Positions 38,950 to 50,325 of a DNA stretch of 64,000 bases are shown piece after piece. Made by a program: the position numbers and the translations under genes. Positions within the stretch are counted from its first letter, which is position 1, and the number at the start of each line of letters is the position of its first letter. This DNA is from Cenococcum geophilum (taxonomy: Eukaryota): assembly GCA_050273025.1 (NCBI GenBank), contig CP158636.1:7378001-7442000 (forward strand), given 5' to 3'. Below the pieces are notes generated by a model. The model saw nothing but the letters and a program-made list of their open reading frames with translations, was not told where the DNA came from and made no database searches.

Positions 38950-40463
38950 TACGTATATATATATATATATATAATCTATTATGGCTATATACTGTCTAGG
39001 GTATAGGCCGTTACTAAGCGCTAACTAGAGTAAACTAATACAAATTATACCTACTCTAATTTAGTAGCTAACTATAAGGGCTATTTCTCTGTCTTTTGAC
39101 GCTGTAATCAATATAGGAAATAAAGAGAGAGTATATAAACCTAAGAGATAAAGAGCGTATATATATGTCGAAATTCCATCCTATAACCTGCCTATATCCG
39201 CCTATATCCTTGAGGAGCGCCTCCTTAGCCGAAGTAACTTACTGTCGCGTTCTGACGCGTCCCAACGATCGCGAAGCGCGTCACGACCACCGTCTAATAC
39301 CTCTGCATTATCTCGATACCTTACAAGACGTCTAGAAAACTATCCGTTAACATGGATATATATAGATCTACCTCTATAGCAGCTAGCGATATGCGGCTTT
39401 TCCTACTCCACGAAATCTGGGAAAGATACTTGCTTTTGTCATATCTGTAATAAAGTAATAAGCGTATAATAGATAGTCACTTTAGGAGAATGGAGTAATG
39501 ATAACCTCCTTGACTCTTACGAGGGGGATTGCCTTCTAGTAGATATAATATTTGATATAATTAATAATGTTTCTAAAATCTATATACTAAATAGCTACCC
39601 TCGTTCCCGAACCCCAGAGATATTATCGCTACTATTACTACCCTCTACGAGCCCGCTTTAAGAACGCCTATTAGAATACGCTACTGCCACTCCTCCCCCT
39701 CTTACCTCAACCGATTTACCTACTTAGCCGTTACCCTCCTCTCCTCGCCTAGTTTCTCCTATCCATCCCTTATACGCCGCCGTTGCGTCTCGCCCTTACC
39801 TAATGTTACTATCACCGCCATTAAAGCCTTATTAATCTTTAGCCTCTATACCGCCAGTACTAATAATTACACTGCGTACTTCTAGAGCCTCCCCGCCAGT
39901 ACTAGCGACTACTCCATTACGGCGCCGCCCACTATATATATCGTCGCCTGTCCTCTTTATATACGACCTAAAACACCGATTCTAAAACAAGTCAAGCCCC
40001 CTTTATAACTAGCACCTATATCACTCTATACGAAATCCCCCCAATACTAGTCTTATATAACTTTTATATACTATCGCAGACCTTATCGGATTGTATAATA
40101 CGAGCTATATCTTTAAATATGATCATTATCCTCCTATATAGGATTAGCGGGGCACGAACCGTATACGCAGTTTTCGTTTATTTAGGCTTATAGGAGATTA
40201 TATTAAGATCTAGAAAAACCACTATCAAACTAAGATAGAGCAAAATGGTACTCTAACTTGCTATATTTTAGCGGTATTGTATTACTTTCCTTTATTTCCT
40301 ATATTGATTACAGCGTTAAAGGAAGGAGAAATAGCTCTTATAGTTAGCTACTAAATTAGAGCCAGTATAATTCGTATCAGTGTACTCTAATTAGCGCTTA
40401 GTAACGGCCTATACCCAAGTTAGACGGTGTATGGCTATAATAGAACATATATATATACATATG
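38950..40463. mobile_element. Insertion bounded by ~170-bp inverted ends terminating in (TA/TACA)n tails (LINE-like 3' ends)
   Basis: 38955-39125 is inverted to 40290-40462. The segment is absent from the left arm of the foldback, and the same end sequence occurs at 62123-62277. Confidence 0.6.
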
Positions 40464-40535
40464 TAGCTGTCTAAGCATGGTGCTTTACTATTCTAGGTAA
40501 AGCTTACTGCTAAAACTACTAAGTCTAAGTAGTTT

Positions 40536-41841
40536 TTACCTTAGTAAGCTTAGACTATAGAATTAATTAGCGGATATACGTATATCCGCAAGCGGATATC
40601 GCTAACCTTTTTTATTAAAAAGTTAATTCTACGGTCTAAGAGACTTTCGTAAGGTTTCTTAGGCGAGCCGACTTGTTTTATATGTAGAGTAGTTACCTTC
40701 TTTAACGGAATTAATCTACACCCCTATAACAGCTATCATCTTAGAAATACCGTCAAATTAATCTGCAGAAGCAGCTCTACAATTGATAAGTATATCTACT
40801 CCATGCGCCTCCACAATATCTAGCAGAAAGCGTCGCTAAATAGGCGATTCGCCTACTTAGGGTCTGTATAAAGCTTTGCACTAAGCTCCGCACAAAGCTT
40901 TATATATAGAGGCTCTGTATAAAGCTCTATACAAAGCTCTATATACGGAGGCTCTGTATAAAGCTCTGTATAAAGCTTTGCGTATAGGGGCTTTATATAA
41001 AGCTCTGCGTATGGGGGCTCTGTAAAAAGCTCTATATATAGAGGATCTGCACAAAGCTCTGCGTACGGAGGCTCTATATAAAGCTCTGCACGAAGCTCTG
41101 TATAAAGCTCTATATAAAGCTTTACACGAAGCTCTATACAAAGCTTTATACGAAGCTCCGTATAAAGCTTTATGTACTAAGGCTCTATATAAAGCTCTAT
41201 ATATAGAGGCTCTGCATAACGGCTCTGCGTATAACAGTTTTGTGTATAACAGCTCTACTATAAAGGCTCTATATAAAAGCTTTATGTAGAGCTTTATATA
41301 AAGCTTTATGCAGAGCCTCTGTACGCAAAGCTTTGTGTAGAGCTTTATATAGAGCTTTATATAGAGCCTCCGTACGTAGAGCTTTATATAAAGCTTTTAT
41401 ATACAAAGCCTCTGTACGGCCTACCTAAACAATAACTACCTAAGGTTCCCTAGGGTGGCTATTATAAATCTATATGGGTTTTATATATATTAGCTAGCGT
41501 TTAGTATAGTTATAGAGCTCTAATATCGTTAATAACGCGGTTTTTTTTTTAACGAAAATGATTATAAGACCTAAAAATACCTAAGTAATAAAAATGATAT
41601 AGTCTAAAAGCCTAAGTTCTGTTATATAATCAATCAACTTTAGGAAGTAATATAAAATGTTAGTGTTAAGCTATTTCAATATCCGTAACCTCCGTAACGC
41701 GAATATCGCTGACGCCGTCTACAAGTGCTACGAAACTCGCTTAGATGTAATTTCGGTGGTTTTGTATAAATGTAGTTAATTAGCTTACGGACTGATTAAA
41801 AATCCGCACTAATAGAATTACGTCTAAGCTTGCTGAGGTAA
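40536..41841. mobile_element. Non-autonomous MULE element, copy 2
   Basis: Same TIRs as 27168-28665, with a perfect 9-bp TSD AAGTAGTTT at 40527-40535 and 41842-41850. Confidence 0.88.
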
Positions 41842-42190
41842 AAGTAGTTTTGCTATACGCTTGGCTGCGGGGTTTATTATCTACTAACGCCCGTACTTTC
41901 ACTTATATAGCATAGGACGGGTTTAGCAGCAGCATAATTAGCGGTATTTATAGCAGGTGATTAAAGCGTAAAAATACCTTAAACTCGCCCCCGCTAGTAG
42001 GGAGGGTGGCTAAGCCGCACCGACTAGACCCTTATTAAGATGTACTGAATTTAATGGGAGTGTAGGAAGAAAATTGTTAACTAGAAAGACTAAGCCATAA
42101 GTAGCGAAAACTAGGCTCTAGAGTATACGAGCTTAAGGCTATAGGGGTGTTCCGCTTAAAGCTAAACTATTAAGGTAAAGGCTATACTTA

Positions 42191-42461
42191 TAAAGGTACC
42201 AGGGCTAATATTTTGCTTACCGCCTTAGTAAGGGTCCTGCGAACACCAAAACTCTCTATTTATACTTCTCCACAGAACGCGTCTATTTTTATAGTATGCT
42301 AGATAGTATGCAAGCTGTTATAGATGTAAAAGGGAAGTTCACTAAATTAATAAAGGATTTTATAAAAAAACACACCAAAATTGATTGTAGATAATGCGAT
42401 AATTCTGCCCGATAATTCTACCGGCCGGGCGGTGAGTAAAATATTAGCCCTAGCACCTTTG
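42191..42461. mobile_element. Tc1/mariner-type MITE (271 bp)
   Basis: TIRs are TAAAGGTACCAGGGCTAATATTTTGCTTACCGCC and GGCGGTGAGTAAAATATTAGCCCTAGCACCTTTG, with TA on both sides. The empty site is visible in the left arm at ~26865. Confidence 0.8.
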
Positions 42462-43249
42462 TAGTACTATAGGGGTTGTAGGGCAATACGGCTATCCCGC
42501 TTCTGGATTTACTATATAGTTAGGAAGTAAGGCTTTTGTTTATTAACCCCTGCTTAATAAGGCATTAGGTCGCCATTAAAGCGCAATAAGCTTAAATATT
42601 TAAATACTTCGCTTAGTATAGAATCTTTCTATATCTATTTATAGCTTAATAAGTTTTTAGACGGAATATATTAACTTTCTAGTAGATCTAAGGCTGTCCG
42701 AAGTGACGCTAGTGTATATGCCTATGGTGAATTGTAGTATTATAGGCTAAGTAGGAGTTTTCTATAGAAGATATATAGTTTAGATAAAGCTTAGGATTTA
42801 ATATCTTTATTCCGAGATTATTTACGCCTCTTAATTGTTGTTAACTTTGTTATAATAAAAAGCACTAGTGGGTTTCCGGTATGTAGGGTTTTCCGGCACA
42901 CAGAGAGGGACGTTAAAAGTGTTTATTTACGTATTTTAGCGTATTTTTTTAGCCTTGGCAGAAGCTAGCCTTATTTAGGTTATGGCGCTTATCCTCTTAG
43001 GGTAAGGCTATAGCAGAGGCTCGTGTAGAGGCTTGTGTTTATATTATAGCCAGAGCTATTTAGTTTTATTAGATAACTAGTTTATTAAAATGCCTAATAA
43101 CCGATCTAAATTAAGTTAATCAAACCGACGAACCGGTTACTCTTAAGATTTTGGTTAAACCGAACCAATTCAATCTAAAGAGTCCTAACTATTGATATCA
43201 CTGGCATAAACCTCGTCCGTCCTTATAATGAAAACCTTCTCTTTAATAA

Positions 43250-46200
43250 AGAAAGGTCTATTAGACCCTTATCTTCCACTAAAATATAGTATCTTAAAGA
43301 GCAAAAAGTCTATATATATTCTGAACTGGTCACAGCTACCGCTAAGAGTGAATTGTAAGTCATCCCGATATAAGGGAAAGGTCAATAGTATCCCTCTCCG
43401 ATTCCGGAATTAAAAGTATAGTGTTTATCCTATTAGCAATAACGTCCTTAAAATATATTTAAGGGCTTAGTATATATTTATTCGTATTATATATCTTTAT
43501 CCTTCCCCTCTTTCTTATATACTCTACCGCTACTTGCCTTACCTTTAATGGCTTAGAGGGATTAACTAGGAGGCTATGTGCTAAACTCTAAGTGCCGCGT
43601 TCTATAATCTTAAAGTCTATTTAAATTTTCTGGGTCTTTGTCCTCTAGTTAGAAGCAGAAGTTAAGTTAGCGGCATTTATTACTGCGGAATCTGTATTAT
43701 CCCGCGCAGTATAGGTGTTTTCACTAACTTCTATTTAGTCTTGCCGTATTTAATAGTCGTTTTAGGGTGCAGTCTTTAATGCCTAATCTTCTTCTACTAG
43801 TTCTTAGCCTATTAGTTCTATAAGTTTGTCTAGGTTAATTTAGGTAATTTGTCTTTGGTCCTGCTCCGCTATTAATAAAGGCTTCTGTCCTTTTGCTAGT
43901 CTCTCTTACTCTTCCCTTACGGTCTTTTCTTCTTTCCTTGCTTATATCTCCTATATCTATCTTTCTTGCTTAAGCGTAAGCCTCTCTTACTTAGCCTACC
44001 GCTGCCTCTCCTCTTTAAGCCTCTTCTGCTCTATCCTCTCTTGTTCTAGCCTCTCCTACTCTATCCTCTTCTATTCTAGCCTCTTCTGCTTAAGCCTCTC
44101 CTGCTTAAGCCTCTCCTACTTAAGCCTTTCCTACTTAAGCCTCTCCTGCTTAAGCCTTTCCTGCTTAAGCCTCTTCTGCTTAAGCCTTTTCTGTTTAAGC
44201 CTTTCCTGCTTAAGCCTCTTCTACTTAAGCCTCTCCTACTTAAGCCTCTCCTGCTTAAGCCTCTTTTGCTTAAGCCTTTCCTACTTAAGCCTCTCCTACT
44301 TAAGCCTCTCCTGCTTAAGCCTTTTTTGCTTAAGCCTTTCCTGCTTAAGCCTTTCCTGCTTAAGCCTCTTCTGCTTAAGCCTCTTCTGCTTAAGCCTCTC
44401 CTGCTTAAGCCTCTCCTGCTTAAGCCTCTCCTACTTAAGCCTTTCCTGCTTAAGCCTCTCCTACTTAAGCCTTTTCTACTTAAGCCTCTCCTGCTTAAGC
44501 CTCTCCTACTTAAGCCTCTCCTGCTTAAGCCTCTCCTGCTTAAGCCTCTTTTGTTTTAACCTCTCCTACTTAAGTCTCTTCTACTTAAGCCTCTTCTACT
44601 TAAGCCTCTCCTATTTTAACCTCTCCTGCTTAAGTCTCTCCTGCTTAAGCCTCTCCTACTTAAGCCTCTCCTATTTAAGCCTCTCCTGCTTAAGCCTCTC
44701 CTATTTAAGCCTCTCCTACTCTATCCTTTTTTATTTAAGCCTCTCCTGCTCTATCCTCTCTTATTTAAGCCTTTTATGTTTAAGCCTCTCCTGGTTAAGC
44801 GTCTCTTATTTAGCCTGCTATTGCCTCTCCTACTTAAGCCTCTCCCGCTTAAGCCTCTCTCGCTTAAGCCTCTCTCGCTTAAGCCTCTCTCGCTTAAGTA
44901 TTACCTATTTAGGGATCTGTGCTTGCCTATAAGTTATGCTACTATTAATATTAGTACGGTTTGGCTTTTTAAAAAAGGCGAGGTATACGGATCTTTGGAT
45001 AAAGAATGACGTTATCTTATCGGCTTGTACCCTATTAGTGTGTAGCTTATCTAGAAATAGTAAAAGCTTATCTTATTCGTGATCGTGAGTTTTTAGAATC
45101 CTATATCTCTTCGGTAACCTATTAGAATAATTAGCATTAACTATAGCTCTCGTTTCCTCCTCTATTATCTCTTAAGCGGTAGAAAAGAAATCCACTATTT
45201 ACTCTATAAAGCCCTTAAAGGTAATAGGATTGTATTGCTAGCGGCCTGGTTTCCTAGCTTCTCGTAAAGCTATATAGGCGATCTCCCTGTTAGCAGACCG
45301 CTAAATTAAACTGTGGATCTAGTCGGACTTAAAGCCTAATTAGTAGGTAAGAGCGGCAAACTTATATAGGGCAGTCTTGCTTAGACTATTAGTTGGCTTT
45401 ACTAATAAATTATCCTTCGCCTTTTTACGCTGCGCCAGGATCTTAAGGAAATCGCGTATAGTACCTATCTATATCTATTGGCGTCCGAGGTCTACTTAAT
45501 TTATAAGACTTTTTGGCCTAAATACGAACCTAGATTCGGACTCTTAGATTATACATTAATTGGTCCGCTGGTTTATATTAGAGAACATTTACTATAAAGT
45601 ATAGGATAAGGAGTCCTCACCTAATAGCGGTATCAGTCGTTTCACGTAGTTAGCCGGGCCTTATAGGTAATTAAGATCCTTAAAAAAACTAAAGAAAGAA
45701 GGGATTAAGCGGTCGGTGGAGATAGAGAGCACTTCACTCTATATAACTTTACGATCTTATTTATTAAAATTACCGAAGATCTAGCCGCGCCGTAACTAGC
45801 TATATAAAGCTCTGGCATCTACGCTACATGCTCTAAAAACAGTAAGCTCTAATACTATTATGGTAGGTCTATCCACCTTCTATATTGCCCGTCTGTTACT
45901 ATTAAAGATCTTAGACTAGATATACCTAATGTAATTAAAATAACAGAGAATTGGCTATTTAAATATTGTTAGTAACTTATAGCGCCTAGATATAAATCCT
46001 TACCTTATCGCATCCTATATTAAGCTATATATATATAGTGCCTAGTCTTATGCCTCCTCTAAGCCTAGGAATATCTAGTTATAAGTTAAATACCGCTCTA
46101 TATTCTGGGCGATTTAATATACGCTTTAGATTTTGCTTTTTCTAGTTAAATATAGCGGCCAAACGAGCCTACTATCGTTCCTTAAAGTACGCATTCCCTA

Positions 46201-46765
46201 ACAATTGGTACTAGCGAATTTTATAATAGATTTTACTATCGTTAGGCTTCTTCTTATAAGAGTACTCTTCGATTATAGTCGTCTTTAGTTTATGGTTAAT
46301 GTCTAGATATAATCGGAGTTAGAGCCTACTGCGCATATAAAACGGGAATTTCCTACCTATAAGATATAGATCTATAATCCAGCGCTTATCTCCTAGAGGA
46401 AGGAACTCCGTAGCTGCTTGAACCCAGTATAGGCTATAGAGACATTCCAAACGGAAATTAGAAGGAAAGTTTAGCTTTATATAATTATCACGTAGATAAC
46501 CTATTAGCGCCTCGGCAAAAGTTTCTAAAAGTTAAATAGCAGCGTTAAGCTGCTTCTAATCGATAACGGTAGGAAGATAATTTTAAATATCTAGGCGATC
46601 GCAACCATTCTTCTAGAAGAAATTCTTGAGTCTTACTATATTTGCCTTGTCCTTTTCGCATATAAAATGCAGTACTTTAAGATTAACACTAACAGTACCT
46701 CTATACTTAATCCTCCTCTCCACTATAAATCTTCGTTTATGCTTAAGAAATCGTGCGTTTTATAT
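43250..46765 (-). pseudogene. DUF3723-domain protein with a C-terminal coiled-coil repeat
   Basis: Reads KYRGTVSVNL, NGCDRLD, FRLECL..., IIEEYSY.KKPND.KIY.KIR and LIPSFFSFF.DLNYL.GPAN(C)VKRL, motifs characteristic of DUF3723. The 3' end is approximate. Confidence 0.85.
44015..44900 (-). repeat. 15-bp coding tandem repeat (RL[E/K]QE)n within the DUF3723 gene
   Basis: Plus-strand unit is ctcctgcttaagcct, with more than 50 copies. The minus-strand unit is aggcttaagcaggag. Confidence 0.95.
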
Positions 46766-46914
46766 ATCTATATGGCCTATTTGATAATATTTGCTACGGG
46801 AGAATAGGTTATTTATTATAACTAGCATAAGTTTTTAGCTACGCTTTAAATATTATCCTTAAAACCCAATTCTGGGACCCTCTATTTTTAGCTAACCGTA
46901 ATTAGGGGATCCTA

Positions 46915-47960
46915 GTCACGTCTAGAGAACAGCTATGTCTAGAGAATAGTTATATTTAGAGAATTATTAGATACCTAATTGGCCTAAAATAATCGGTCCT
47001 CTTAGCAGCGCTAAATAGGAGAACTACGCTAGAGAATAGCCACGTCTTAAAAATAGCTATGTAATTGGCCCAAAATGATCAGTCCTTTTAGTAGCGTTAA
47101 ATAGGATATTATATCTAGAGAACGGCCACGTCTAAAGATCGGATATCTAATTGGCCTAAAATGACTGGTCCTCTTAGTAGCGCCAAATAGGACACCACGT
47201 CTAGAGAATAGCCACGTCTAAAGATTAGATATTTAATTGGCCCAAAATAACTAGTCCTCTTAGCAGCGCTAAATAGGACACTATATCTAGAGAATAGCTA
47301 TATCTGGAGATTAGATATCTAATTAGCCTAAAATAACTAGTCCTCTTAATACCACGTTTAGAGAATAGCTATGTCTAGAGGTCGGATGTCCAATTAGCCT
47401 AAAATGACTGGTCCTCTTAGTAGCGCCAAATAGGACACCATGTCTGGAGAATAGCTATGTCTAGAGATCGGATATCCAATTGGCCCAAAATGACCGGTCC
47501 TTTTAGCAGCGCCAAATAGGACACCACGTCTAGAGAATAGCCACGTCTGGAGATCGGATGTCTAATTAGCCCAAAATAACCGGTCCTCTTAGTAGCGCTA
47601 AATAGGATACCACGTTTAGAGAACAGCTACGTCTAAAAATCGGATGTTTAATTGGCCTAAAATAACTAGTCCTCTTAATACTACGTCTAAAGACAGCTAT
47701 GTCTAAAGGTCGGATATCTAATTGGCCTAAAATAACCGGTCCTCTTAATACCACGTCTAAAGAACAGCCATGTCTAGAGAATTATTAGATGCCTAATTGG
47801 CCCAAAATAACCGGTCCTCTTAGCAGCGCTAAATAGGAAACCACGTCTATATTATTGGATGCCCAATTAGCCTAAAATAATCGGTCCTCTTGGCAGCGCT
47901 AAATAGGAGAACTATATCTAGAAAATAGTCACATCTAAAGAGTAAAAACGCCACGTCTAA
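46915..47960. repeat. Non-coding tandem repeat, ~86-bp unit with ~67-bp deletion variants, ~12 copies
   Basis: Unit acaccacgtctagagaatagccacgtctggagatcggatgtctaattggcccaaaatgaccggtcctcttagcagcgccaaatagg starts at 47435, 47521 and 47607, among others. Confidence 0.9.
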
Positions 47961-48854
47961 TAGCTATATCTAGAATAGCTACGTCTAAAGTAGTTACGTT
48001 TAGCAACTAGTCTAATAAACGGTTATATCTGGAGAATAATAGTCTGCGGAAGGTTATAACTAGTCTAAGTCTTACCTATTTTACCTTCTTTCCACCACGC
48101 CTAATATATCTCATTACTATAGATTTAAACGCGGTACTTTTATTAATATAGCCTTAAGAAGAAGTTTATAAAGCGCCTCTAAACGCAAAACATAAGTATA
48201 ATATAAAATCTATAATCTAATATAATTAAGATAGTAGAGGTTTCGTACAGAATATAATTAGTAATTTAAAACGCCTGTAGATAAAACCTTTACCTTATAG
48301 TATCTAGAGCTGCTTTAGTACTCTCTTTTATAGTTAAGCTCTTCCGGAGGAAGGACTTCTGCGGCTGCTATAACTTAGTATCTTCCGTTCTAAACAGAAA
48401 TCGGCCGGAAAATCTAGCTCTAGGTAGCCATTACGTAGATTTAATAGCTGCCTCTTAATAGATTAACAGGAATAATTAACGGCAATTATTCTTCTCCCGA
48501 ACTTCTTAAGTCTCTTAATATTATCATTACTAGCTCCCTCAAACCTTTAAATAGAAAGTGCGGCAACTTAATCTTAATGCTAGCCGCGCCTCTTTAACTA
48601 ATGCTCCTCTCCGTCGCGAGTCTTCGCTCCTATTAGAGGAACTCACTATTCTAAATCTGTTACCCGCTATAAGTTCCTTCTATGCCTTAAATAGAAACCT
48701 AGGGGTCTAATTCCGGACCCCTATTATATTTATCGCTCTTTTCCTTTAGCAAATTATAAGAGGCATAAATCCGTCCTTCGCACCTATTCTCTAGCTAATA
48801 ATAATATCGGAAAACAGACTTTTCTATTATTATATACCGCTTAGGATAATCTTT

Positions 48855-50030
48855 ATGCCCAAAAAACGCTATATATAGATCGATTTGGAAACACTAGAAG
48901 GACTTATAACACGTTCCTAAACTAGCTTCCTTAATCGACTTATAGAAGGTAATACCCCTTATAATCGCAATGCTTCGGCTAGGAAAAGACTCTACTCCCT
49001 AAATAGGGATAATGTAGATCCTAAAACTAGCCTACAGCGTTTTAAACTCCCTAAAGCTATTAAATCTGGGGTTAGGGTATATAAATACGTAAGAACAAAA
49101 CATAGATCTCTATAAAGGATCTATAAGAAGACCTATTAGCTACGACTTAGTATTAAAGATTAGGTCGCGGTGGCTAAGAGGAGATATCTCCCGTCTAATG
49201 TCGTTATAGTAAGAAGTAAGCGGAAAGATCCCCTATTAAATCTTATTATAGTGCGGAGTTTTTTAGGACCTAATATTAAAGAAAAGCTCTATAAGTTTTA
49301 ACAGATATAATGCGCTAACTTTGTCTCTGCTCTTAAGGTTTTTAGATTTAATAAGACTTCCTATATTATTTTTAAGTTTATAGCCTACTCTCTATACTAC
49401 GTCGCTGGCAATCCTCTCTTTAATAAAATTTACTTAGCTGTAATACTTAGATAGGTAAAAACCTAATAGCGTAATAACTAAGTAGGGTACTAACTATAGT
49501 AGATACTTAACGGGCTTACGTACCTTGTAACGAAAGAATTAGAGTATAGTTCGCTAAGTTATTTAAATATACTCATTTATCCATATAGAGATATGAAAAT
49601 CGGTTAGTAATTAGCTTAGTTTTAAAACCGCCTTTACTAACAAAATATTACAGCATATTAAGAATATTACCATACCCGCCTATTACAAAACGCTAAACCT
49701 AGAGATATTAGAGCGCTAAGTAATATTATTATAGAACTAATACAGGGATACGTCAAAGAGGAGCGAGCTATTAGCGTAGATAACCTGCGTCATTAGCCGC
49801 CCAACTCTAACGCCGCTAGATTCCTCTTTAAGACAACCTTTACTACTTCGGTTATTAAGTTAATAAAGGTATGTTAGAGCTTTATTTCCCGTACTATTAT
49901 CTACTAATATTCTCTAGTATCTGTTATTGCAACTTCCTTAGCAAAAAGAAGTGCTTACAGGATTAGTATCTTTTACTACTATTAGGGCGCGTATAGGTTA
50001 CAAGTATCCACTAAAATAGGTAGCTCTTCT
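48855..50030 (+). pseudogene. Divergent protein kinase-like gene (with introns)
   Basis: ATG at 48855. De-RIP readings: SPWRIYKKTY, VAVAKRR, NFVSALEVF, LAAILGQ | ILNGLTYL..KELEH.SLSCSNILI...DVKI and DVRALS.V.MELMQGY. Confidence 0.7.
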
Positions 50031-50325
50031 TAAACGTTTTCCATCTCGCGAGCATACTTAGAAATTTTACTAGATTACCTGTATTAATAGCTAATAAAGT
50101 AGTAATATTTTCACTCAATTCTAGCTAGTGACTAGGATTCTATTACTAGGTCTATTATCAGGTTCCTAGTTCTAGACCTCTTACTAGGTTTCCAATTCTA
50201 GTCCCTTTTTATTTTTATCTTTAACGGATCTTTAGGCATCCCTTAAATCAACAAGTTTTCCGCTAATTTTTACCATACTTCGCTGATTCCTTTTCGTCCG
50301 CCCTTAAATAATAGTCCGTATTATT

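Larger units (their letters stand above)
26414..42913. mobile_element. 16.5-kb composite foldback structure bounded by Pot2/pogo-like ends
   Basis: Ends are TA|ACGTCCCTCCCTGCGTGCCGAAAAACCC and GGGTTTTCCGGCACACAGAGAGGGACGT|TA. Inverted arms: 26414-27165 with 41915-42913, and 28675-29830 with 37848-38935 plus 40475-40526. Confidence 0.75.

Noticed and set aside
40881..41141. ORF (RALY)n, and likewise 27967-28149
   Set aside because: They are translations of the 12-bp minisatellite inside the non-autonomous MULE.
27168..41841. The two 1.3-1.5 kb direct repeats as LTRs of a retrotransposon
   Set aside because: Each copy has its own TIRs and its own 9-bp TSD. There are no TG...CA ends and no gag/pol between them.
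44266..45009. Plus-strand ORFs (LLKPL)n
   Set aside because: They are antisense to the RLEQE coiled-coil repeat of the minus-strand DUF3723 gene.
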